Both the position numbers and the translations under genes were made by a program. Below the pieces are notes generated by a model, which saw only the letters and a list, made by a program, of their open reading frames with translations, made no database searches and was not told the origin of the DNA. From Phyllobates terribilis (Eukaryota): a stretch of 64,000 nucleotides of DNA. The stretch covers positions 417,012,001-417,076,000 of the forward strand of contig NW_027362763.1 in assembly GCF_046119375.1 (NCBI RefSeq). The letters are read 5' to 3'. How positions within the stretch are numbered: position 1 is the first letter of the stretch; each line of letters opens with the position of its first letter. This document shows, one piece after another, positions 10,863-21,613 of the stretch.

Positions 10863-12795
10863 TTAAGAAAAGGTTACAATGTTTTCCTCAAATACAAAAT
10901 ATGCAAGATTTCTAGAGAAATTAAAACCATGTAGCACATTGTTCCAGGCACCAGTCCCATTGCCAGTAGGGAAGGAATTTTTCTGCTTTTAAACTATGCC
11001 TTATAAGGGTGTTTGTTTTCTTCATAATGATCAATTGAGGTTTGTAAATATGAACACATACTGTATGGACATATGAGCTGTTTCCAAGCCAACTATGTAA
11101 CTAAAAAGCCAAAGCGTACTTGCACTGTAAACACTCACCTAATGCACAAGATCATGGAAGGCATTATAGAATCTTTTCATCTCCACACATTCACATATCT
11201 AAAAAATTGTGATTATTTATTTTGAAAGTTCGTGTACATCTCATCCAACTGCCAAACAGTGATTCCTATAGTTTACAACATGTTATCGGAAGAGAAAAAG
11301 GTTGTTGGCTTTTGAATTTCTTTTTATCAACACACATTAAGAATATTTTTCAAAACCATAATAACATTTCCTTTTTATTACTCAATATCTGTATTTGCAT
11401 ATCCAAGTCTCAGTTTTTTAACCATATTGTGTTGTATGTTAAAATAAAGTCTATTTGCACCTTTGACATATAAAAATTATTTCTACATATGTTGATGTTA
11501 CCTTTAATTAATTTATTACCTTTAGCTAATAAAAATGAATGAAGTTTCAGTCTGCAAGCTTCATTCATTTTCCATTCTTCCTGATATGCAGTTTGCAGCC
11601 TGATCCAGGTTTCCAATTTTTCTCTTGTTGCAGTGCCTCTCTCGGGTAAAAATGTGAGATCTGTGTGTATCCAGGATGCTGAGATTTTCAGTAGCTATCC
11701 TGCTTATATCCTGCTTCTATTTACACTTCATGTTGTTTCCTCCTTTTCTATTTTTTTCTATTTATTTTCTTTATTTTATTGTTTTCTTTGCCCTCTATGA
11801 TACTTTTCTTTCCACTACCCATACTGGACCAGTCTGCTATCTCTAACATTGAGAGAAGGGTGGGGAAAGCAGAAAAAGCCCTCAGAACCAAGATCAGGAG
11901 ATCTGAATTGTAGTATTTTTGAAAAAGCACTGAGCTAAATACCATAGGAAGTAAGCAGCAGGTGATAACCAAACACGTACAGAGTTGTTGTTCCTGGTGG
12001 TAACCGCACAACTTTACAAGGTAAGTGCACTACCTGGAAAGTTCCTCCAATCCTTCCAATTTACTGTTTGCAAAGAATCCTCTGCACTATGGAGGGTCCT
12101 GTTTCTTTCTTTCCTGTCTTATTCAACTAGATAAAGGATCTATAGACATCTAAAGATACAAAATGGTAGAACTTTTTTTTTAATAAAAACCCTTTAAAAA
12201 GTATCTTGATTTTGCATTTAGGAAGCAAATAATAAAAAATAGTGGAAAGGTGAACATAGCCTTTAAAAGTATTGGATTTCTAAGCAGAGTTTTAAAGTTT
12301 GAAACACTTGAGTCCCAATGTAAAATTTGTAACAGGACCTACCGTGTGCCATTTGTTATACTTGTGTCTTCTGGTAAAGAGCTATTAGGCTACCTCAGGT
12401 TCAAAGACGTGGATTAATCTGCTACCTCTGTACTGCTAGGTCTCTGTTTCAAAGGGTCACTAATAGGCATGAGCGAACATTTCAATGTTTGGTTCGGAAA
12501 AGTTTGCCGAACAAATTGATATTCGCCGACTGTTCGTCGAACATTTCCGAATCCCATAGGAGTCAATGTGGGGGACCAAAAAAATGAATATACAACATCT
12601 AGAAATGGGACCAAAAGCTGCCAAAACACATCAAATTAGGTGTAGATACCAGGGAAGTGCCATCAATTGACCCAGAGTACAAGTACTATAATTATTATTA
12701 CTGTGACAGCGACATTTATTCAGCTGCACTTTACATGTCAAAAGGAGTCAACAACTGGTATAACAGGAGAGAGGACCATGCCTGCGAGGGCGCAC

Positions 12796-13485
12796 TGTCA
12801 CGGACGTGGTTTGTGGAACCACTGTGCCGGCGAGCCTGGCGGGGCATAACTAAGCGAGCACCGGACTGTTCACTAGAGCCCCTGATGGTGAGGTTACACT
12901 TGGCTCCCGATGAATGCCAGGTGCCACTCCAGGACAGACCAACGGACACGCATCAGCTGGACCCAGTAGGACAGACTAGATGGTGCAGCAGGCAGAGTCT
13001 GTATCAGAGTGCAGCAGTCAGAGTCTGTATCAGAGTGCAGCAGTCAGAGTCTGTATCAGAATGCAGCAGGCAGAGTCTGTATCAGAATGCAGCAAGCAGA
13101 GTCTGTATCAGAGTGCAGCAGGCAGAGTCTGTATCAGGAGTGCAGCAGGCAGAGTCTGTATCAGAGTTCAGCAGGCAGAGTCTGTATCAGAGTTCAGCAG
13201 GCAGAGTCTGTATCAGAGTTCAGCAGGCAGAGTCTGTATCAGGAGTGCAGCAGGCAGAGTCTGTATCAGGAGTGCAGCAGGTAGAGTCTGTATCAGGAGT
13301 GCAGCAGGCAGAGTCTGTATCAGGAGTGCAGCAGGCAGAGTCTGTATCAGGAGTGCAGCAGGCAGAGTCTGTATCAGGAGTGCAGCAGGCAGAGTCTGTA
13401 TCAGGAGTGCAGCAGGCAGAGTCAATATCAGGAGTGCAGCAAGGACTGGTAGGCAAACTTACACAACTTAGACTGCAGAACAGGA
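12796..13485. mobile_element. Truncated LTR fragment inserted in the hAT element
   Basis: Begins TGTCACGG..., an LTR-like terminus in GC-rich sequence, at a sharp junction with the hAT interior. No second terminus or TSD found. Confidence 0.45.
12984..13440 (+). repeat. 26/27-bp minisatellite (GCAGCAGGCAGAGTCTGTATCAG[G]AGT), about 17 copies
   Basis: Direct tandem repeats; they explain the repetitive ORFs VQQAESVSG, SAAGRVCIR and CCTPDTDSA. Confidence 0.95.
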
Positions 13486-13490
13486 AGGTT

Positions 13491-14070
13491 CCACTACAGC
13501 CAACCCAATAGATGGAGACCCAATCAGGAGTCCCCACATTTAAAAAAAAATTAGTGGCAGACGCCAGCAAAGTGGCATCAATTTCACTACTGTAGAAATA
13601 GTGTAAATAAGACCCACACCTCTCCCAGTACAGCCAACCCAGGAGATGGAGACCTAACCAGGAGTGTTCACATTGCCCTAAATGAGGGCCTAACACCACC
13701 TAAGTGACATCAATATCACTAGAGTATAAGTATTGCAAAGGAGGCCTAAACCAGTTCCACTACAGCCAACCCAATAGATGGAGACCCAATCGGGATTCCC
13801 CACATTTAAAAAAAATAATGGCAGACGCCAGCAAAGTGGCATCAATTTCACTACTGTTCAGATAGTGTAAATAAGACCCACACCTCTTCCAGTACAGCCA
13901 ACCCAAGAGATGGAGACCTAACCAGGAGTGTTCACATTGCCCTAAATGAGGACCTAACACCACCGAAGTGGCATCAATGTCATCAGACTACAAGTAGTTT
14001 AACGCAGACCCAAACCTGTCCCATTACAGCCAACCCAATGGATGGAGACACAATCAGAATTCTCCACATT
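13491..14070 (+). repeat. ~265-bp direct repeats (each made of two ~133-bp halves)
   Basis: CCACTACAGCCAACCCAATAGATGGAGACCCAATC at 13491 and 13757, and a variant at 14021. Confidence 0.85.
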
Positions 14071-14182
14071 TCCCAAAATTAGGGCCTAAAACTTGCAGCA
14101 GCAGCAAGAGCAGGCACAGAAGCCATATCACAGACTGCAACTTCAAGAGATCAATGCAGCACACTCAAAACGACAACATCGC

Positions 14183-14640
14183 CTACTCTGTACAGTCTGC
14201 AATTGGGGTGCAAAAGTCCTTGGAGATCCATGACTTGTTCATCTTGATGAAAGTTAGGCAGTCTACACTTTCAGGGGACAGCCAGGTGCGCTTATCCGTC
14301 AAGACACTACCAGCAGCGCTGAAGACACGTTCAGAGAGAACACTGGCTGCCGGGCATGATAAAACCTCCAAGGTATGAGAGGCGAGCTCAGGCCATTCAT
14401 CCATTTTTGAAGACCAAAATGTAAAAGGGTCCAAACCCTCCCTGATGGTATTGATATTGAACTCTAAATACTCCTGCACCATCCTCTCAAGTTGTTCACC
14501 ACATGTCAGACTCTGTCTGTACTCTGTTATGCTGATGCACGAGCTGGTGCAAAAAATGTGTGAATCCAAGCTAAAAAAATTTTGAGCATCGATGCAGATG
14601 CTTTCCTCCCCTTGACTCTGTGACTGTTTGGAGTACACTT
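14183..14640 (-). pseudogene. hAT transposase C-terminal (dimerization domain) remnant
   Basis: QLERMVQEYL...FWSSKMDEWPELASHTLEVLSCPAASVLSERVFSAAGSVLTDKRTWLS. Confidence 0.92.
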
Positions 14641-16507
14641 CTGATGCCTATGGTGTAGAATGGGTGAAGAGTTCTACAGACTCATCCATCTGTGGTTCAC
14701 TACAGTCAGCTGGGCTGTTGGCCAGTTGTGACGCGGGGGGAAGCATGGGTAATTGGGGTGCCACCTCTGTGGACTGTACTGCGTGTGATGTTGAGGTGGA
14801 GGAAGAAGCGGAGAGGGCACTGGAAGCTCACAGTAAAAAACCTTTGATGGACTCTGCCTGCCAACCAAAAATATATATAGGTTTGACTGTGCGTACAAGC
14901 TGAATTTGACCGCCACTGGCGTAGTAGCTGGCTTATAGCACTGTATGAGTTTTGGCACAGGAAAAAATATTTTTTGGACTGGGCGTAGTAAGAGAAAAAA
15001 TGTATTTTTTTTACTCTGAAACCACCTGAAGTTCAACTCCACTAAAATAATATCTGACACTAAAAAAACTTTAGTGCACACAGGTTTCAATATCACATTA
15101 GCAACGGAAAAAAAAAAACAGATTTTGTGCTCTGCAATAAGAAGCTCTGAAGACTGTGCAGGGCACAAGTTCAACCCCACTAAATGAAAAGGTGCACTGC
15201 GCTTGCTTGATCACATTAGCAAGTGTAAAAAAAGATTCAAGGTAATATGAGCCATGGAGCTCTATACCAGCGGTGCACAGCACTATTGTACGGCATGGGC
15301 CCTCTGTTTCTGTCAGAATCTCAGTACTTGCACAAGAACACCAAAAATGTGCTGCACCAGCGGTTGCAGAGGTACACAGGCCAGGAATTATCTACACTAT
15401 CTGACTACCACACAAGCACCCATCTATCTAGCTAATATCTCTCATTACACAGGAGAACACTGAGCTGCGTCTGTCTCCAGCAGTGACATGGATATAATGG
15501 CGCTGAGGGAACATGGCCGCTTTTTATATTGAGAGGACATGTGATTTCTGCTGCCAATTGCAGAAGCCCTGTGTCTGGACAGTGTAGATGCTTCCTGCGC
15601 TATGATTGGCTGGCCGCGCTTTCCTCAGTTAAAATTACCGCCCACAGGAAAAAAAATAGAAACCAGTGGCCGCTGATCTGACCTGTTCTAAGCTCTCCAC
15701 AGCCCCCACACTCACCTGGCACATGTCACCGCTCATCATACACTTGTACTATGCTAACAAAACTGTTCAAAACGCCGTGGTTGCCCTGTATTCACGGTCC
15801 AGCACAAAGTCGTCTAACTTTTCCGATTTTAAGAAAATTTGCTTGCCTTTTCGATCACGAATCCGAATGTGCCATATTTGTGCCGAATTTGAAACTTTCT
15901 AACATTGGCCAAACAAATTCGCTTAACACTAGTCACTAATAATGTTATTTCATGGTTTGAGAATGGAAGACCAATGATATCACTTGCTCTACAGATGCTG
16001 CATATAGGCAGTAAAGCAAACGGGAGCTACCCTCATAAACTATGGGAATTATGGAAAACACGGCGTCAGTAGACTATAATATACAGTAGTTTAGGTTCCC
16101 TTTCATTTTGTATGTAGCGCAGTTCTGCAATCACATAAATAGTTTATCTGGAATCTGAGCCATCTCTATAAAATTTGACTTTCTAAAAGTGTAGGTTTTG
16201 GATATAGTTTTTTGCTACTAATAGAGAACTTTCTATGGCTTACTTCAGATATCCAATTATTTTGCTATTATAAGTGCTTCTGGCATAACATACTGCAGAG
16301 CATGATCTCATCTCCATATAACAACTCCATAAAATATCTTGGAAGTTTTACCACAAATAAAGGAAAGTGCAGGTAGCATGAATAATGAAACTGGAGATGC
16401 ATAATGAAAACCTGCATGTAGAACAGATTGAAACCACAATGTGATACCAACACACATTTTCTACCATACAGAAAAACAAATATTCTTAACTTCTGCAAAT
16501 GTCTTAC

Positions 16508-16954
16508 AGGGATTGTCCGGTGAAAAATTATAGGTCTGCAAACACTCTGTGTGACTGCAGATTGATGAATCCCCCCAGGACACGCACTGTGCGCTGCGGG
16601 GATTCACCGGTTTCAGACCTGGGACCGGAGGGTATGTGTGAGTTATACATACTCCTGGCCATTCAGCGCCACCTCTCTGCATACACTTGTATAGAGCGAG
16701 GCCACGCCCCGTCTAGTGACGCGGACGGCCAGTGGGTGCGCCCGACTAGAAGGAGCGGCTTCGCTCAATACAAATGTATAGAGAGCAAGGCCACGCCCAC
16801 TGACCGGGGGTATCTATAACATATACATACCCTCCGTTACCAGGTCTCATACCGGCGAATCCCCACAGTGCACAGTGCCTACACTGGGGGGATTCATAAG
16901 TCTGCAGTCACACAGAGTGACTGCAGACTTATCACTTTTGATCGGACAATCCCT
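16508..16954. mobile_element. Palindromic T2/Kolobok-type MITE
   Basis: TIR AGGGATTGTCCG / CGGACAATCCCT; right flank TTAA, left flank TTAC (one change); inverted internal arms. Confidence 0.8.
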
Positions 16955-17129
16955 TTAACCTTTGCTGCCTCTAAATTAGGAGTGCAAAACCTGCAACCAA
17001 TGATGTGACTCCCAACCATTGAGACACAAACATGCTTGCATCTAGTGACATCTCATAGGTAGTTTTCATGTCTTATTTATTTTACTCACTTTCCAAACAC
17101 CATCACTGTCCCCATTGAGTTTCACAATC

Positions 17130-17286
17130 TAAATTCCCTATCACACTGATAGGAGTGTGAGAGGAAACCCATGCAAACATGGGGAGAACATAGAGTCTCT
17201 TTGCTGATGTGGTCCTTGCTAGATTGTGAACCAGCACCTCAGCGCTGCATGGCTATAGTACTAACCACTTAGTCACTGTGCTTCCC
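17130..17286 (-). mobile_element. tRNA-derived SINE 5' portion (V-SINE-like)
   Basis: Minus strand GGGAAGCACAGTGACTAAGTGGTTAG (A box-like) ... GGTTCACAATC (B box-like), followed by ATGTTCTCCCCATGTTTGCATGGGTTTCCTC resembling the V-SINE central domain. Confidence 0.75.
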
Positions 17287-17959
17287 CTGAAGTCTTCGAA
17301 AATTGGCATCCAGTGCACAGGCGGGGATAGGTAACTACTAGTGTTGAGCGAGCATGCTCGACACTGCTCGGTACTCGCCCGAGCATCTCACTACTCGGGA
17401 TGTTCGGCGAGCACCGAGCATTTCCGGGTTACTCGGGCGGGAGATCGGGTCTCCGCCCTGCACGTTTGGCGCTCTTTACGGAGCCAATGAACATGCAGGG
17501 ATTGCCAGCCAGTCACTGTAATACCACAGCCATGTTGTTTGTGGGCATTACAGTGATTGGCTGGCCGCACAGCATCACCTCGAGTATTTAAAACCGGGCG
17601 CCGCCATCTTGGACACAGTCGCTCCGGATCAGACAGTGTAGGGAGAGTGCTGCTGAGTTAGGGAGAGATATAAAGTGCGAAATAGGTAGTGTAGGGTCTC
17701 TAAAGCCTGCCAAATCAAACAAACAGTCCTTCTCAGGACTAATATCCATCCCAGATATCAGGCAGGCAGGCTGTATAGGAGACGCAGTGGTTATACCAGC
17801 AAACGCTGCATTACAGTCCTGTGTGTTCCTGTTGGTCAAATTGCTAGACTTATCACCCCGGTCTCAGGGGCCAGGAATTTTTTTTTTTTTCATATAAATC
17901 CTGTATTTATTTTTTTTTCCTCAGTCAGACTGTCCAAATACGCGTCTTATTAACTTTTT

Positions 17960-18860
17960 CGCATTTTTTGCCGTAAAAAAAAACAGTAATAGTGTCTCCC
18001 TGACTGGTCAGACACCAATATATCAGTTTAAAAGAGTCTGGTGTAGGCCAGAAAAATATAACTGTGGTTTTGCAGTCCCACGGTTCAAATCTCTGTATTA
18101 TCCAGCTTTTGGTATTTTTTCCGTAAAGAAAAACAGTAATAGTGTCTCCCTGATTGTTCAGACGCAAATATATTTGTTTGAAAGATTCTGGTGTAGGCTA
18201 GAAAAATATAACTGTGGTTTTGCAGTTCCACGGGTCAAATCTCTGTATTATCCAGCTTTTGGCATTTTTTTGCGTAAAAAAAACTGTAATAGTGTCTCCC
18301 TGACTGGTCAGACACCAATATTTCTGTTTAAAAGAGTCTGGTATAGGCCAGAAAAATATAACTGTGGTTTTGCAGTTCCATGGGTCAAATCTCTGTATTA
18401 TCCTGTTTTTGCCATTTTTTGCCGTAAAAAAAAACAGTAATAGTGTCTCCCTGACTGGTCAGACACCAATATATCTGTTTAAAAGAGTCTGGTGTAGGTC
18501 AGAAAAATATAACTGTGGTTTTGCAGTTCCACGGTTCAAATCTCTGTATTATCCACTTTTGGGCCTTTTTTACATAAAAAAAACTGTTTGAGTGTGTCGC
18601 TGACTGTTCAGCCCCAAATATATCTATTAAAAAAAGTCTGGTATACGCCAGTAAATTAGAACTGTGGTTTTGCAGTTCCACGGTTCAAATCTCTGTATTA
18701 TCCAGCTTTTGGCCTGTTTTACGTAAAAAAAAATAAATAAATAGTGTCTCCCTGTCTGTTCAGTCACAAATATATTTGTTTAAAAGATTCTGGTGTAGGC
18801 CAGAGAAATAGAACTGTGGTTTTCCTCTTCCACGGTTCTAATCTCCTTTTTATTACCCTT
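17960..18860 (+). repeat. ~150-bp tandem repeat (about 6 copies) in the hAT-1 5' region
   Basis: AGTGTCTCCC at 17991, 18141, 18291 and 18442, with weaker copies beyond. Confidence 0.9.
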
Positions 18861-19198
18861 TTTCCATTGATAGTGCGAGTGTAAGCTATTTTACTTAATT
18901 TATAATGGGCAAGGCGCGTGCAAGGGACGTGGAACTGGACGTTCTGGTGATGGTGCGTGTAGAGGACGGGGCCGTGGCCAAGGTGAAAATGTGCCACAAC
19001 CAACAGCCACATCTTCTCCATCCAACTTCTTGACCGAATTGCTAGGGAAGCACACTACAACACCAGTATTGCGAACTGATCAGTGTGAATAGGTTATTAA
19101 TTGGATAGCAGATAATACTTCCAGTTACCTGGGCACCACCACCTCCGGTCTGTCTTCCACATGGTCAAGTTTTAGTAGCCGTGAGTCTCGACCGCATA

Positions 19199-20242
19199 TG
19201 TGGCACCCCAGGTCTGGTCGCCACAGTGGCAGCAATGTCATGTCTGAGAGCAGGTGGGAGGTTCCCTGGTTGGGGACAATTAGCAAGCAGCACCTCCTGC
19301 CTCAGTCCAGGGAGGGGAGAAATCTGCCCTTTATAAACTGGATCTGGGGCGAGGTTAGAGACCAGTTAGAGAGAAGTTCCAGACAAGGTTCCAGTGAAGT
19401 TGCAGATAGGGACAGGTCAGCAGCAGGCTGAGGAGTCCCTGTAGGCAGAGGAGCAACACGAGGCCAGGAGGGGAGCTAGCAGAGCTCATGCTGGCTAGAG
19501 ACTTACAAAGCCGGACACTGGAGTCCGAGGCTGTGAGGGTTTTAAGCCCAGCAGCAGAAAACCACCACGCAGGGGTCTTCAAGTCCTCTGGCCCAAGGAA
19601 GCCCGGAGGCTCAGCCACACGAGAGGGACCACTACTACCCCGGAGGGGTGAGAAGTATGGAAGGCCCGAGTCGCCAGTCATACGGGCGAGAACAACACGG
19701 TACACTCAGAGACGTGGGCTACCACTACACTACAGCGGGATAGCAAAGAAAGAGTGAAGTCAGCATGGTAGGCCTACAAACTCCCCCTGACCAGCGGGAT
19801 TTCCCAGTTGCTCTCAGACTGACCAGGCCTCCATTGTTAACCTGTATTCCGGACGGGTCCCTTAATACCACCAACAGTAAAGACCCTGAATTGCATGACA
19901 GACTCCGTGTGGTTACTGCTGCTCCCGCGCACCATCACCACCAATATCCCTATTTACTGCCCTGAGGCTATACTCCTCCCGTGGGGAGTTATACTACCCT
20001 CTGCTGCACCCACAGCACCAGCCTCAGCGGTCTGCCCTGCAGCGGCGGTTCACTCTGACCGCAATCCATGGGTGGCATAGTCGGATATTTAATCGCAAAA
20101 CCCTATAAATAGACCGCCATTTGGGTTGACCACCCTGAGCCACGGGACCGGGTCTCCGCCACGCAAGGGCTACAACCCCCAGCATGCACAAAAGGTCCGG
20201 TTCCGGGTATCCCCACACATACATGGCCCAGGGGGCGCGTCA
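19199..20242 (+). repeat. Gypsy-1 5' LTR (1044 bp)
   Basis: TGTGGCACCCC ... GGGGGCGCGTCA, immediately followed by the PBS. Confidence 0.92.
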
Positions 20243-20247
20243 ACTTT

Positions 20248-20266
20248 TGGCGTAGTCGGCAGGATT
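20248..20266 (+). promoter_or_regulatory. Primer binding site, tRNA-Ser(AGA/UGA)
   Basis: TGGCGTAGTCGGCAGGATT is complementary to the vertebrate tRNA-Ser 3' end ...AATCCTGCCGACTACGCCA (tRNA sequence recalled, not looked up). Confidence 0.88.
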
Positions 20267-20621
20267 TCGTGCCCGCCACCAACGGGTACTGCGTGCCTGA
20301 AGAAAGACTGTAATACTTACCTTGGTGGAGTTTCCCGCCATCCGCAGCCGTTTCCCGCCATCTGCAGCCATTTTCCCGCCATCGGGCGCCATCTTTGGGA
20401 CGCCGCGCGGGAAGAAGAGGGACGTGGACGACGAAAGCGCGCGAGAACTGGAGCCCCGCCTTACGCACGGATGCTGCGCAAGGTCCTGAAAGGAGCCGAG
20501 CGGACGCTGACGTCACCAGGACGCGACGCAAGGTCCTCAACCCCGACGGTCGCCTGCGGAGTCGCGGCCTACAGAAGAAAAGCAACGGAAGGTAGGCCAC
20601 GGTTGACTAGGGGGGAAGAAA

Positions 20622-21613
20622 ATGTTGGAAGCGGAGGGAACTGCCACCGCCAGTGCGGCCGCTGCCGCTGTAATGCCGTTCACAATGCCTTACATCCCCG
20701 GAGCGGCCTGGTTGCCCCAGTACTCAGGGGAGTCGCATACCCTGAGCGACTTTAAAGAGAGACTGTATAGCCTATTTAAAGTATACCCCCTGACGGAGGA
20801 ACAAAAAGTGAGCATACTGATAGGCCAGTTAACCGGCGCGGCCCAACGAGAAGTAAAGTCCTGGTCAGTCAGGGACAAGGGGACCGTGAAGGAGATTTTA
20901 GCCCGTCTAAAGGACACTTTTGATACCCGCACCCCAGCAGAGATCAAAATGAGATTTTATGGGTGCAAGCAGCGGGCCCAAGACAGTATAAGAGACTATG
21001 CTTTGAATTTGCTAGAGGCCCTGAGAACCATTAAGCAGGCAGACCCTGACAGTGTGCGGGATGCAGATAAACTGCTGACTGAACAATTCATTGAGGGTCT
21101 GCTGTCCAGTGCCCACCGATCCCAGTTACGCCTAATGGCCCTGCAGAACCCTGAGTTAGACTTTGCACATTTTAAGGACAGAGCCATCCGGGTACTCCGA
21201 GAACCCGCACCCGGTGGCGTTGCGGCCTCCAGGCGCCCTGCTATCACTTATTACCAGGAGGCGGCGCCCCAGTCTATAGAACCTGCAGGAGCCAATGCAC
21301 AGACTACGAATAGTACCTCATCTACAGACCTGCATCATCAGGTCCAAGAACTGACCAAGAGCGTTGCCGCACTAACCAGGACTGTGCAGTCGTTACAGGT
21401 ATCCTCTCCAGGAAAGACCCAGCTGGCTACCAGTCCGAGGACGTCCCGTGGCACCGACTGAAGAGGATCCCACCGTCCAGAGGGAAGCCAACGGACCGCT
21501 ACGACCAGGAGGGACAACCCATCTGCCGCCGCCTCAGCCAGCCAGGACATATTGCGAGGTACTGTAATTTAAACGAGCCCAACCTGGGGCAGAGGGCCAA
21601 CCCCCAGGCGTAA
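20622..21613 (+). pseudogene. Gypsy-1 gag (frameshifted before the zinc knuckle)
   Basis: MPFTMPYIPGAAWLPQYSGE capsid-like N-terminus, nearly collinear with intact Gypsy-2 gag; the ORF breaks at 21461. Confidence 0.9.

Larger units (their letters stand above)
12464..15931 (-). mobile_element. Non-autonomous hAT element with perfect 8-bp TSD GTCACTAA
   Basis: Termini TAGGCATGAGCGAAC and GCTTAACACTA; GTCACTAA at 12456-12463 and 15932-15939; internal transposase remnant. Confidence 0.92.

Noticed and set aside
11410-12011. Minus-strand ORFs of 68 and 87 aa in AT-rich DNA
   Set aside because: No recognisable domain or consistent splice structure.
11830-12026. Strong splice donor AAG|GTAAGT at ~12020 as a coding exon end
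   Set aside because: All upstream frames from plausible acceptors hit stops or give short unrecognisable peptides; at most a non-coding exon.
12657-13699. Long ORFs (284, 163 and 159 aa) with repeating peptides
   Set aside because: They are translations of the 26/27-bp minisatellite in several frames and both strands, not a gene.
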